Assembly: GCA_016748015.1 (NCBI GenBank)
Contig: JAAOMT010000608.1
Span: 124,001-188,000 of the forward strand
Reading direction: 5' to 3'
DNA length: 64,000 nucleotides
Origin: Geosiphon pyriformis uo1
Taxonomy: Eukaryota; Fungi; Glomeromycota
The notes below the pieces were generated by a model. That model worked only from the letters and a program-made list of their open reading frames with translations. It was not told the origin of the DNA and made no database searches. Position 1 is the stretch's first letter, and the number at the start of each line of letters is the position of its first letter. Positions 1-13,557 of the stretch are shown here, piece by piece. The translations under genes and the position numbers were made by a program.

Positions 1-473
1 TACAAAAAAATAAGTTTCACTATGAATTAATTATGGGATACAAATTTTTCAGAGAAATTTTTATTATTACATGTTGATTTTTAAAGTTTCGTTAAAAATT
101 TTTACTTTTTTCAGCCATTTATCGAATCTTCTCACATATGATTGCCAAATATTTTTGTCTAGTTTGGAAATATTCATGTTGTGAAAAACTTTTTCTCATT
201 CGCCTACTCTGTTTAATAAAAATCTCCTTTTTCGTTAAAATGTATGGGGAAAGAAAAAAAAAAGGTAACCAGTCAGTTACAATTTTAATTTATAATATTT
301 TTTAGTCTATATTCAAGGTTCTTTATATATATATTGGGAAACCTAGAAACCTTTTCTAGGACAATGTTAAAAAAGTTTTTAAGGGTATATAGCATTTTTG
401 TTCATTGTTCTTTTCTTATTTTAGATAAACTTGTATGATATATTTCTGCATCGCAAAAATTCAATGATTCATG

Positions 474-541
474 ATGTTGTTTATGTTGTTGATGTTGTTT
501 ATGTTGTTTATGTTGTTTATGTTGTTTATGTTGTTTATGTT
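474..541. repeat. 9-bp tandem repeat (ATGTTGTTT)n, about 7 copies
   Basis: Direct reading of repeated atgttgttt units. Confidence 0.9.
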
Positions 542-787
542 GATGATGTGATGAATTTTTTGAAGATATCAACGAGAACTAAAAATTACATGTACATTAA
601 ACAGATTTAGCATGAGAAAATATGCATGGTAACCAATGGTTTTCCAAAATTAGTTTTCATTAATTTTTTCATATTGTTCATTTTCCCCATTTATCCCAAT
701 GTTTATTTTAAAATCACGGGTGAGTACGAAGCTTTGAAAAATGTTTATCTTTATTGTAGGGGATGATGCATGCCAATTATTTGTTGA

Positions 788-802
788 ATTATTATTATTA
801 TA

Positions 803-855
<53 letters not shown>
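788..855. repeat. (TTA)n microsatellite
   Basis: Long run of tta units with one interruption. Confidence 0.95.
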
Positions 856-856
<1 letters not shown>

Positions 857-3800
857 TTTTCAAAAGTAAACAGTGAACATACAAAAAAGTTTGAACAGCA
901 CCCCGGTCAGCTATAATATCAAAAGTATCCCGGGTATTTTATTTTCTCACTAGTTTTTATTGAATTAAAAATATCTTATAATGAAACGAAATGAATTAAA
1001 GTACAATGAGAAAAACTTCCGAAAAAAGCCAATACCCGAATTTTTGGTCAATCACAAAATATGCACAATCAATAAACCGGGAAACGCCAGTGTAACTCCA
1101 GGGATTAAACATTGAGCTAATTATTATTTATTATAAGATAGAAAAGTTTGTATGAGGAATAGGAGGACGACGACAACGATATCTTGGAAAAAAAAAAAGG
1201 TTTCAAGTCACTAAAATTGTACATTTCAAAAGGGACAGCCATGGTCTTTTTGAATCAGACTTTACCCTGCATGGCGACATCTGTGCCAAAAATGGTTCTA
1301 AATTTTATCCCCTAACTAGATTTGATGCTTTAGTAGACCTAAAATTCATTGACTTGTTCTTCAGCTGGTTAAAGCTTATTATCAAGATTGGCAAATTTAA
1401 TAATTACAAATTTGTTTAAAAATTTCCGGTATTCTATTATTGAGCCTTTCATTTTGAAGCTTTCGCGCTTTGGTAACGGTCTGGAACCAAAAAAAATTAA
1501 GGTTTTTCAGGAGGCTGAATTTAAATCAAGGGCGTTATTCAATAACGCGACTATGGGTTTTTAATTTCTTTCAAATGTAATTTCTTTAATGAACATGAAT
1601 TAACCACTTATGATTTTCGTTTAGTTAATTTAAGATAAAATTGAAAATTTACTATTGATTTTGAACTTCTCAACCATCCAAGAAAGGATATATTCCTTTT
1701 CAACCTTTACAAGGCCTAAATTCAAAGAAATTTTGTTATATATATATTATATGGTTTTATTTATCAACCTCTTTGCATTTTAACAACGAATCTATGGTTT
1801 TTTATTACCTAAAAAAAATCTAATCTTCTTCAATATTTTGAAGCTGTTTTTTGTGATAAAAAACTTCTTTTGAAAAAACTTTTGCCGCTACCAAATTTCC
1901 AGATGTGGATGACAAAGGCAAGATTCGATATCAAAGAAAATTTGTGAAATAAAAAGTTTTTCATTATCAGTTAAATTCTCAACTTTTTTTTTTTTTTTTT
2001 TTTTTCTTTTGACATACAGTATAATGCATGATCAGCCAAAAGAAATTATGACCTAAAAGAAAGGTTATACTGATGCAAAAAAGGATTACTTTGCAGTATA
2101 TGCTCCAAAAATTTATTATTCAAAACCAGTAACCACAAAAGATCTCCTCTGTACATTGGCATGGTCAAAAATTATCTCCGACTAATATATAGGGTGTACT
2201 ATAATAAACAGTTACGAGCTTTTTCCGAGAGTATAGAAGCGTTTCTAATATGATTCTGACAGACTCAAACAGAAGTACAAGAAGATGAAGATGAAGTTTC
2301 AGATAACCATATACATGTACCATTAATTTTGAATAATGACAAGTGAAATGATCTACATTGCATTAATTTTCCCACAGATAAAAAATTATGAAATTGATGA
2401 CTAAAAAAACCAATCAAGTCCTTTTATAATCATGAATATTTCCAAAGAAGTAATTTGGATTATCAAATTCCCTCACCACCAACTTCTTTTGATGTCTTAA
2501 AATTGACCAACTGAACAAGGTTTTAATCTTAATAAGTTTAAAAGATATGATATATGTATTCATAACTTCCCAAAAAAAAAAAATTAGAAATGAAACTCAT
2601 TTCATTTTAAAGAGGTTCAAGACAACTCATCATTCCAAATCCAAAAAACAGATTGTTTAAAGTATAGATTGTTTCCTCAATTTATTAAATGAGTGAGCAA
2701 TGCAATATTCATAATTCTTAATAATTCCATTTTAGAGCAACAAGATCTCATGAATATTTTTGCCTTTTTTTAATCTTTTTATCAGTTCACCATTAATAAA
2801 AAAAAAAGATAAGGAAAATTTCACAAATTTAAATTTTTTTTGAATTTTACGTTTTGTGAAAATAATTGCCAAAAAACCCACAATTTTTAAAACCGATGGT
2901 CTTATGTGGTAAACAAATATGCAATGATCGCATGTGCCACATTCCAAAAATGTAACCCCATTAGTCGCTATCAAAGGAATATTCAGAGCGGGATAATTAA
3001 TAAAAGGTAAAGATTCAAAAAAACTTCTCATAACCAAATTCAAACTAGCTTTATTTAAACCACTAGACGACTTATACCCTTTAGGAAAATAACCGTTTTT
3101 TGAAAAATTACACGTATAAAAAAGTTATTTATGTGAGAATCTTTTCCGAAATTATCAATTTACGAAAATCAGGGATTTTTACAATTTTAGCCCCCTAGCA
3201 TTTAAAAGAATTGGGTTACATAATCAATTAATCGAATTTTCGAAAAAGGGAAATTTTGATACGTTTGAAAAAAAAAAAATTCCTTGAAATTGAAAGGATT
3301 TTAAGGTAAACTAATTTGATTTAAATCACATTATAAATTCAATAAATTATGAAATTTTAAAAGATAATTCATATTTAAAACCTTGGGAGAGTGCCCAAGC
3401 AAAAAGTTAATTTTTTTTTTGATTACCTAGAGTGGTTATTGCAAATTTGAATTTATTAAAATTTGAATGATTTAATAAAAATTTGTCCCAAAGCTTTTTA
3501 TAGAAATTTAAAAATCACTTATCATTCTCATTGCATCAAAAAGATTTTATTTTTAGCTGTTCTTATAAAAACATTTGAGATACTAATAATTGAACAATAC
3601 TATATTCTAGATATTTTTTTGAAGCAGTACTTAAAATTGAAATCCTTGCTTAAAACATTATAACTATAATTGAAATTTATGCAATATGAAAATTTAATTA
3701 AAAATGAATCACTTTAGTTGATTATTTATCCTCTTTTTAAATTTAGCAACTTGATTTTGTTCCTTATCCAGAAACTAATTCTTATTATTTATAATAATAA

Positions 3801-4678
3801 TATTTAATCCATGCAGCCTGAGTCAATCTAAAGTATTTCACTTCTTTAAAAAGAAATTTTAAAATTTTTCAGAAGCAAAAGCATCAAAATTTAATAGATC
3901 GAATAAATATGTTTATCAGATAGAAGCAGTTTAAATCTACAAAAATTTTTCCAAGAAATTTCCAGCTTTTTGAAACGGAAAAAAATATCCACTTGAATTT
4001 CAGATGCTGATATTTTAGATTGTACTTATCATCTTGAATACCAGCACTAAAAAAAAATACTTGCCTTACGTATTCGTGTTGGGAAGTGATAAAATCAAAG
4101 GAATACTGATCTACTATCAGATTTTTAAACTAAAGGAACTTTTAGGATTCAAAACTTTTTTTGGATGGAATATTGTCGAAATAGGCCTACTTATAAAAAC
4201 GCGTGATCAAAATAAACTTTAGGATAATGAATTTTAAAACAATGTAAAATTTTTTGAATAGATTTTCAAAATATTTTTAATGTCAAAGAAAATTTTATAT
4301 ATTCAAAAGGATAAAATTTCATTCGAATCGGATGGATCCTCGTATTAATTGGTTTGATTTTGAAAACTTTCTTTCACACATGAGAAAAACATTTATCAAG
4401 CAATGATAATATATGTATTTCCAAATTAATATAGACTCCCGTAAATTCAAGTTTCATATCAAGGTGAATGTAGAATTATTTTCTTGTTTCAATCCAGTTT
4501 TTTTTTTGGTCGTGAACAATCTTTGAAATCTTGACAATTTTTTTTTGAAAGCCCCCTTTACATTAAAAAAACGCAAGCGTTGAAACTTTTTTACTTTGCG
4601 GAAAATACTATATTTAAATGTGAATAATCAACATGATTTCCCACATTTTTACGAATTAAAAATTCATTAATTAAGCAA

Positions 4679-6200
4679 ATGAAGGGAATCATCTCAATTT
4701 ACAAATTTAAATTCGTGGTCTTGCTGAAAGTTGTAATATCGCTCTGCATACTTCATCAAAGTTATTTGAATCGGTATTTCAAACATCATGAGCAGCTAAG
4801 AGTACATTTAAAAAACCTTCTAGAAGGTATGGACTCTAATGCTATTTTTAATGTTTCAAATTGTAAAAATGGATTGATGACTTTCAAAAGGGTGTGCCAT
4901 TAAGTCACTCCAAAATCCAGATATTGATTTCAAAAGATCTCAAATTTTTATAAAGTTGCTAAAGAACTTTCTAAAGTGTCATGCATTTTTTTATAGACAT
5001 CGAACCTCTCAATCATAGCGGCTCTTTAAATAAATTGCTTTTGTTTCCACGAAGCACCTCTAAAGAAAAAGAAGAACAATTTCTCCCGAAAGAAATCATT
5101 AGAGATCAAGGGTTTTTGAAAGAATTAGCAAAATACGCTGATATGGCAAACATGGGCAACTGTCTCCCAAATAATGAAGTTGGCTCAGTGATTCCTGAAA
5201 TGCGTGTTACAGGTATAGTAAAAACACGAAACTTTGGTTTTTTGAAGTTTGATCTTTATTTTCAAAAGATTTTCCTTATAGGTGGGGTTTTTGTTGATGA
5301 AAGTACACAAGAGATTGTCGCATTTTTTAGAGGAAGTCATCTAAGTAAAGGAGATTGGTTCAAAAGAAATTCATCAATGATACCTTATGAATACCCGGGA
5401 ATGGAACCTAATTTATTAATTCAAGTAGATAAAGAATGGTACGAGAATGTTAACAAAATGAAGGAAAAATTGTTTCAAAAAATAACAGAAGCAATAGATT
5501 CGCTTGATTCCGATCATAAAAAGATTCGGTTTGTGGGTCATGGCGTTGGTGGTGGTAGGTGTTATATTTTTGGTATAAATTTTGATTTTTCCGAATAAAA
5601 TTGCCCGAAATCTTGAATAACTCTTAGAAATTTCTTTTTTCAAGCTTATGCCGTTTTGTCAGCTTTAGCGTTTCATCTTGAATCACGAATGATGAGAAAT
5701 CGACAAAATTCAATTTTCTTGGGATTTGAAAACATTGTTTACACATACGGAGAGCCTCGAATTGGAAACATGATGTTCGCAAGAGTTATCAACGAATTGT
5801 TAAGGGTGCGACGTGTTACTCATACCAATGATTACTTTCCACATTTTCCCAAATTTGAAGAAAATCGAAATCTTTGGCAACATCATGGAAGAGAATATTG
5901 GATTGCAAAACCACCCTGTGATTGTATTCAGGAAGATTTATTTGATTTTATTTCTATAGTTGGAGGCGGTTATGTAGTGTATAGCTGTCAAGCAATTGGA
6001 GAACACCCGGTAATACGAATTGAATCTATTTTGAAAATTCTAATCGTGATAGGAAATTTTAACTCGTTGTTTTTTTTTAGGATTGTAACACAAGTCAAAC
6101 TGTTTCAGAATATAACCCAGATATACCACATTTTGGCCCATATTTCCGGGTAATCATGGGTAACTGTGAACCAATAATTGATAGAATCCTGAGTTTATGA
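4679..6200 (+). CDS. Lipase class 3 (alpha/beta hydrolase) family protein, multi-exon, nucleophile Ser replaced by Gly
   Basis: Spliced ORFs give FFRGS, RFVGHGVGG|AYAVLSAL (intron 5555-5644), YTYGEPRIGN, RVTHTNDYFPHFP, WQHHGREYWI and, after intron 6010-6080, PHFGPYFRVIMGNC ending TGA 6198-6200. Hydrophobic N-terminus from ATG 4679; the 5' exon structure is uncertain. Confidence 0.85.
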
Positions 6201-8336
6201 AAATCCTAGAAAATAGGTTGTTTTTAAATAAAAATTGAGGATAAAATTGATGATTGCTAAAAAGCAAAAAATTTTGTGAAACACAGCAAACCAATTCCAA
6301 TATAATAAAATATTAATCATTAAAATGAAATTATTATAGATTGTTTTAATGGTTACATGTAAATCAGTGTTATAACTTATCGGTTAAATTCAAAAAAAAA
6401 AAACAGAAAAACAAAAGAATAAAAAAATCACTTGGTAATTTCAAAATATTTAGCTTGTCTAATATTAAGATTGATAATATATGAAAAATGATTTTTTTAT
6501 TTAAAAATTTAAAAAAATGAAAAAAGATATTTATTCAAAAAGCTTTCTTTTAGCTACTTCACCTGTTTAAATAAATAAATAATATTTTTCTTCGTAATTT
6601 CAGAATTCCAAGGAAAAGTTTATTTTAGTCACGAGTGATGTGACAAAACTTGATTTTTCCAGTTAGGTATATAGTAATTTTTCAAAAGTAAGCAACTCAC
6701 CTCCTATATCATCAATTTTTGAAGAGGTTTGCTTATTTTCTGTGGTAATTGTTTTCTTTTGTCATAAATCTTTATTGAATTACCTTAATTCACAAAAAAC
6801 TTGTTTTATCAAAATTAAACATATAAGTGATCACCAATAATTATGCCTAATCAGGTGAATGATTTTCATTTCTTACATTTGTGTACAACAAAGCCTTATC
6901 TACAATTCTGAAATTGAAAATTTTTGATTCATTAACACTTGCTATATGTTTTAAATGTATATATATATTTCAAAAACAATAAGCATCTTTTTTTCTTTTT
7001 TGCTATTACATTAAATATTTTTATTTATTATTATTATTTTTATTTAAACTTTTTATTTATATTTAATTAATTATTAATTTTGATTATTAAACAAATTTAG
7101 TTTGAAAATAAAAAGATTTGTTTTTGTAATTTATTAAATAAAATAAATAATTATTGAATTTTAAAAATTATTAATTAAAACATAAAATTATAACAATTAT
7201 ATGATATTTTTTATTAATAATTACAAACTAATTTTTTTTATTTTTTTATTTTTTTAAAATTATATTACTTTTGATTTTTTGTTATTTTTTAACATATTAT
7301 TTTAACTTGTAATATTATTAATTAATCTTTTTTTTATATATTTACAATATTTTAAAAAAAAAGCATAATTTAATTTAATTCAATTGATCTCATATTTATT
7401 TTTTAAAATTCAAAACAAAGCTTGAATTGAGAAATTGTTGTTGTTTTTCAAGATTTGCATTTTATTTTGTATTTAATTATTTGCATATACATATTATCTT
7501 TTAGATTTGGCAACAACAAGTAAAAGAAAAAAAAAATAAAAAAAAAATTAGATCTCAAAATATTGAAAATATCATAATGATAAACACCATTTTAATTTCA
7601 GAAAATGATAAAGATTGCAAGAAAAAACTCTCAAATTTAAAAAAAAAATGCCTGAATAGCAATGGAAAAAGCATTAATATGAAAAAAAGGAAAGCAAGAG
7701 CTCATCTTTATACAGTAAATATCCTAGAAAACCTTGATTTTTCACAAAAGATTTTTGACAATTTAATCTTAAGTTTAAATTACTATATACCTAAATTCAT
7801 TCCTGCGTGAAAAAATTCTCATCAATGAATTTGGTAAATTTCGCGACAAATGAGAAATGACACATAAATCGCATCATGATGAGTCAAACCTATCCCATTT
7901 GAGGATGATTTCTAAATATCTCAGTGCCTATACGATATTATTGCCAATTGTGTCCCATGTGATCAGCGTCAACAATATTATCTTGATGATCCGAGGGGGG
8001 AAAGCATGGGACATGCACGTTAGTTTGCGCCACAATGCGAGACTTGTTAAATTTAGCAATTCATCGACTATTTGCAAGCGATGATATAAGAATAGATAGG
8101 GGGGTCGGACAATCAATTCCTCAATACAAATAGTGGCCCATTTATTCTATAACTCCCCCCCCAAAAAAACCACTTTTTTGTTCTGGAAAAACAACCCTAC
8201 TGTGGCTTTCCAAATTCCCCAAGGTAACTAAATTTTGGGTTTTTCAAGATTCTATAGCGAAAGAAAAATATTGGAGTTTTGATGTCAAATGTTCCGCCTT
8301 ATTTATGATATTTGTATTGTGAAGAATCATACAAAC

Positions 8337-10100
8337 ATGACATCAACCGAAAATACCGAAAATATCTCGCCTTCGTCGATCAAAATTGAAGATTCTGTAT
8401 CTTCAAGGGCGACACCCACGAAACCAGATTGGTGGTCTAGACAAGTTAACGCATATAAAGCAGTAGCTCTCAAAGAAAAATGGTTTAATCCTGATGGAAA
8501 TGTACTTCCAGTAACTGTAGAAAATCTATGCAGATTTATGGAAGTTAAATCATACACAAATAATCCAACCAGCATCAATTGGTATGTCAAAGGAATAGCT
8601 AAATATCATACTGAATTGAATATCGGAAATGGGGAAGCCATACAAAATCATCCAGATGTAATAAAGTTAAAGGAGAAAATAAAAAAAGAATACGAAGATT
8701 TGGTGGCTGAAATTGGTGGTGATCCAAAGAAAATAAAAAATCTGGAGAAAAAAGTCCTCTTACAACAAGTAGCAGCTAAAAAAGCTGGCGAGGTTCCAAC
8801 TTTAAACCTTGAAGTATCCAAGCCTTTATCTCAATCAAGATCAATGGAAAGCGACATTTTTGAAGAAACTTATGCTCCATTGGATTTGCGAAATGAGCAA
8901 CATCCAGCAAGAGGAGTTTTGATATATCTTGGTTGTTGGACAGGTGCGTGCAATTTTTCAAAAATCCTTCGGAATCATGATAGATATTTGAGAATCAATC
9001 TCAATTAAAGCCTTATCAACCCCATATATAACAGCTGCGGACGAACAAGAATTTCAACATGAACTTTACATGTCAAAACTACACCAAAAGAATATGACAT
9101 TTTTGCAAGATCGAGCTATTTGGGGCCGTAAGTCAGAATGTAGTCATAATTTAAATGTGATACAATTTTATTTGGACTTTTAATAATCACACCTTCATTT
9201 AAAAGATATGAGAGACGACGAAAATTACCAAGTGCCTCTATCTAGTAAGCAATTGGAAATAATTTGAATTTCAACGTACGAAACATTCAAGATTTTTTCT
9301 TATAGACGAATCTGATCCCTCTGCTACTCAAAAGCGCGAGCCATTACTTATCACGGCAAATCAACAACTTCATTTCGAAATGCCACGACCCAGTATGCTC
9401 TTAAATATGTTCACATTAATTCTTTTTAGTTGCACTTTATCTAACCTTTTCATTACTATTCAAGCATTAGTACCTGTTACTCTACCGAAGAAGAAAGAGC
9501 AATCACGTACTCCACAGGAACATGACTATCACTATAATGCGATTCAGTTGGCTTCATGTATTTAAATTTCCTATTCGACCGCTTAAAATTCCCTTTCAAA
9601 TCTTAAAAAAGGCCACTTTCCAATTAGCAGACACACCCATGGCATACACCAAAAAGCCAGTTTGGCGAGTAACTCCACATTATAAATTTAAAGCTCAAAA
9701 TATTGCCACCTCTCCCTCAAGTAAGCTTTTTGATATTGGATATAATTTCCTTATGGTTTTATACATTTCATATTTTACAAAAAGGTAAAGAATCGACCCC
9801 TAGTCAATACGAACAGCTCATGACCACTGACACTTTGAAAAATCGTTTTAATGGGGCTAATCCATTTCCCGGAAACTTCGTCTTCGTTCAACAGGTGCGT
9901 TATAATGCCCTATTAAGCAATTTCATTTAAATTTTTATCTTTACTTCATATCCCAAGACCTTGCTTAGGAGGATGACTTTCAGGTTGTACCCATAACCCC
10001 TCACTTGAATTGTGGAAACAAGTCTAGCGAAATGATACTTGCCAAATCGAAAGATAATTCACATAAACTTGTCGAATCCGAAGAAAGCATTGATGAATAA
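8337..10100 (+). CDS. Multi-exon protein with N-terminal tyrosine-recombinase core-binding (SAM-like)-type domain; paralogue A
   Basis: Exon 1 encodes LPVTVENLCRFMEVKS...SINWYVKGIAKYHTELNIG...HPDVIKL; GT-AG introns from 8944 onward; last exon ends GAT GAA TAA at 10100. Colinear with the gene at 11910-13557. Confidence 0.65.
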
Positions 10101-11909
10101 ATTAGTTCCGATTAGATTATTCCAAGAATTCACAATGTGGTAGGTCTCGAACAGTGAAAGATGTCTATGAAAGTTCCAGAGCTGTGTGCTTGCTTGCGCT
10201 CAAAGCCTAAAAACTTTGAATCCTTTTCTCATACAGAATTTCATCAATCCAAAAAAAGCTAAATTGAAGCGATTTAGCTACGCTTAGGTATTTAAAGTAA
10301 AAGGATTTACTTTTACCAAATGCAGAGTGATTTCTATCGGTTTATTTCGAAATCAACGCGCCTAAGCTACTGATGACTACAAGAGGAAGGTATTAAATCG
10401 AAAAATAAAATGAAGATAGTTCTGAGGATATTTGGATCTCTGAGCTGATTCAACCATAAAACATAGCTGATGGTAATTGGTCAATCTCTTCGAACTCTCC
10501 CAAATATTTTTCAACGAGGGGTAGATCTTATCATTTTTTAAATTAGCAGCACGGCCAATAGTAAATGTAAATAAGAGTTATTAAAGTGGAAATTTTCCTT
10601 TGCCGTCCTACATTATTTGTTATGCGTTTCTTGCATGAAAAATAGCGATATGTCTCTAAATTGAAAGGCAAAGGTGTAAAGTTTTCTAGAAGATGGCTCC
10701 TAATTATGGAAAATTACACTCAACAAGTAACAGGAACAACTCTCCAATAGTAAACCTTTTTCCCAAAAAACCTTAAATGACCTGGAATTAACTTAAAATG
10801 AATAAGAGAAAGCAATGAAGTTAGCCTAAGGAAAAAAAGAAAGTTCCTTGATTGCTTGCATTTTAGGATAAATGCCTGGAAGGATTAATTGTAGATCGTA
10901 TTATTTCATTTTGAGTTATTGCTTTCGACACAAATAGTTGTGCTTAGCAATATTTATTAGAGGCCTTCTCCCTAGGATCTAAATCTAATTGAATTAAAAA
11001 CATGCATTTCGCACAACATTGGGAAATTTCAGATTGGCTTTTCCCTTTTTCCACCCTACAAAGTTTATCCTATATTTGGTACCAAGTACATAAACTTTGC
11101 ACGAAAATTTATTTCTTAGACTGAAGGTTTTTCAATCTATGTTACGTGCAAAAGGATTCTGCTATCGGATTGGAGTTTTTAAAATAACCATTTTGTTTTA
11201 GAATTAGTGAGAAAACCTTATCTTTCGGAGTGCATGTGTGAATGCCTTCCTTTAATTTTAATATTTACATTTATATATTATTATTTTTCTTTTTTAACAA
11301 TGAAAAAAAGGGCTATGATAAGTTTTTCATTTTCACTGCTCAAAGCTTACCATTTCCATCCTCTTCTATGAGGCGCAACTTACTTGGAAGACTTGCACCG
11401 TGGATAATTTCGAACAAGTTTTTTTTGAACTTAATGAAGTTGTACATAACTAATTTTTTAACGAACGCCTATCTAGTTCTTGTATCTTTGAAAAATCCGA
11501 GAATTTGAACTGAATATTTGTTTTTGTGAAGATTAAATTGGTAGAGGGAATCTAAAATTCTGCAAAAGAAATCTTGAAAATTTTAACTGAAAGAATATTG
11601 TAATCCTAATTTTGGGGAGGGAATATTACTTAAATTTCCAATTTTAATATTGCTAGGTTTGAAGCAGGGAGATTCTGATTATTGTTGATTGCTAGGCTTC
11701 AAAATTAAATCGATTTATTTAATTACTAGATAGTGAATATCATTTATTATTGAAAGCTCTGTAAAAAAAAAAAAGCTGACAAAAATTAAAGTATTATAAA
11801 TTCATAAAAATTCTAGAGACAAAAACTGTCGATCGAATTTTTATAAAAATTATCAGTACCTAAAAATTATTATTTACGAAATTGATTCAAAAGGTTTATT
11901 AGATACGAA

Positions 11910-13557
11910 CTAATATTGCGAAGTCTTATCGGTCAGAGTTAAATGATGATGCTCGCCAATCTCAATTCGAACATAAGGTTCAGGATACATACTAGCAATC
12001 GAGGTGTGAATAGGTTTGCCTGATTCTTCTTTGAAAGATTCATTCTGAAAATTTTATTGAGCATTAGCTAGAAATTGCTTAAAATTTACTTACAGCTAAG
12101 GAACTGACCTCTTTGAGCGCAGTAACGTTCGCATGAAATGTGGATGGAGAATTTTGAAAGAAGCCAGTAGGTATGAACCTTTCATGATGCTCAAATCCTT
12201 CCCCAGTTCCTGGATTTAAAAAATATCGGCTTAGTATTCTTTATTAGCTGGGAAAACTAAAATTTGTACTCACGAGATAATTTGATGCTTTTGCTTGGGC
12301 GTTGTTCATCTTGAAATGATTGTTCCCGTTTTTTTGGAATTTCGTAAGACATTGCAGCTGGCAACCATTAAATAAAAATTAAATATAATTGTGGAGACAA
12401 ATTAATTTGGCAAAGAAGGATATATTACTTTTCATTGGTGTCTCAGTGTTGAATACTTGACTAGCAGTGGTTACCAAAGGCTCTCTTAGTTTTTGCGGAA
12501 CAGAATACGATTCTACTATAAGGCCCCCCAATAAAAAATCGCGATGTGAGATGAAGCATCATTAATAGATGTTTTTATAATGAAAACTCACTCGGGAAAG
12601 TAACACCATCATTATAATTTTCTTCATCTTGAAGATCTAAACAAGTTTTTTGTGAATGGTGGTTGAGTTTTTTATTTAAATTTTAATTGAAACTTTGGTA
12701 CCTTCAGACCTCCTGAACCAAACGCCGCTTCCCTGTGAAAGAATCATTGTGTGTTGTTGTTGTTGTTGTTGTTGTCGTGGGTTTTGAAATTCAATTTGGA
12801 ATTCGAGTTCCTCTAGGACTAAATTTAAATGATAAGCTTTTTCATTTGAAAATTCTCAAAGAAAAATGTTTTACTTACCAGTCCAACAACCCAGATATAT
12901 TAGTACAGCCCGCGCTGGACATTCTTCATTTTCAAGGTATAGCGGCTCATATTCGTCATAAATGGGATACACCTGATCAAGATGTGGCTGCAAATAAACT
13001 TCTCGACTCGAAATATTATTACTATAAATATTATTATTATTACTATTGTTGTTGTTGTTGTTGTTGTTGACATTATAATGACTCGGTATACGATATGAAT
13101 TTGGACTATGCAAATGCTCTTGTGATGAAAGAGCCCTTTTCTTCTCGAATTTTCTCATTTTTTTTAATTTCTTTGGATCCCCTCCTTTTTCAGAAACCAT
13201 TGCTTTATAATCTTCTCTCATTCTGGTTCTTGTGGTTGTAACGTCAGGGTGATACTTAACGCGATCAGGATTCTCGAACCCCAATTCAAATTGATACTTC
13301 ATCAAGCCATTTACATACCAATCCACACTTTGTGGATTGTTAGTACGCGATTTAAAACGAATGAATTTGCATAGACTTTCAGGTGAGACTGGAAAAACAC
13401 TTCCATCCAGATTAATCCAATTTTCTACGCGCGCAATTTTTTCATAAGATAAAGCTTGTCTTGTCCACCAGTTCAACTTCTTTGATGATAACGATGGCGA
13501 AATGTCATCATGAATAATAATCGGACTAGAACTACTTTGACCAGGAATGGTTGCCAT
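11910..13557 (-). CDS. Multi-exon protein with N-terminal tyrosine-recombinase core-binding-type domain; paralogue B (poly-N and poly-Q tracts)
   Basis: FPVSPESLCKFIRFKS...SVDWYVNGLMKYQFELG...HPDV; shares PARxVLIYLGCWT with paralogue A with an intron at the same position; later exons align (EFQxE, W..D(E/D)ENY, REPL, PKKxEQS); stop TAG at 11912-11910. Confidence 0.65.

Noticed and set aside
474-855. Tandem repeats as possible CRISPR or telomere
   Set aside because: No spacers and not TTAGGG-like; simple micro/minisatellites in a eukaryote.
2732-3043. 103-aa ORF with CGTCDHC
   Set aside because: Non-ATG start, AT-driven composition, no recognisable domain.
12735-13070. 111-aa plus-strand ORF with poly-V, poly-Y and poly-C
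   Set aside because: Antisense shadow of the poly-Q and poly-N microsatellites in paralogue B.
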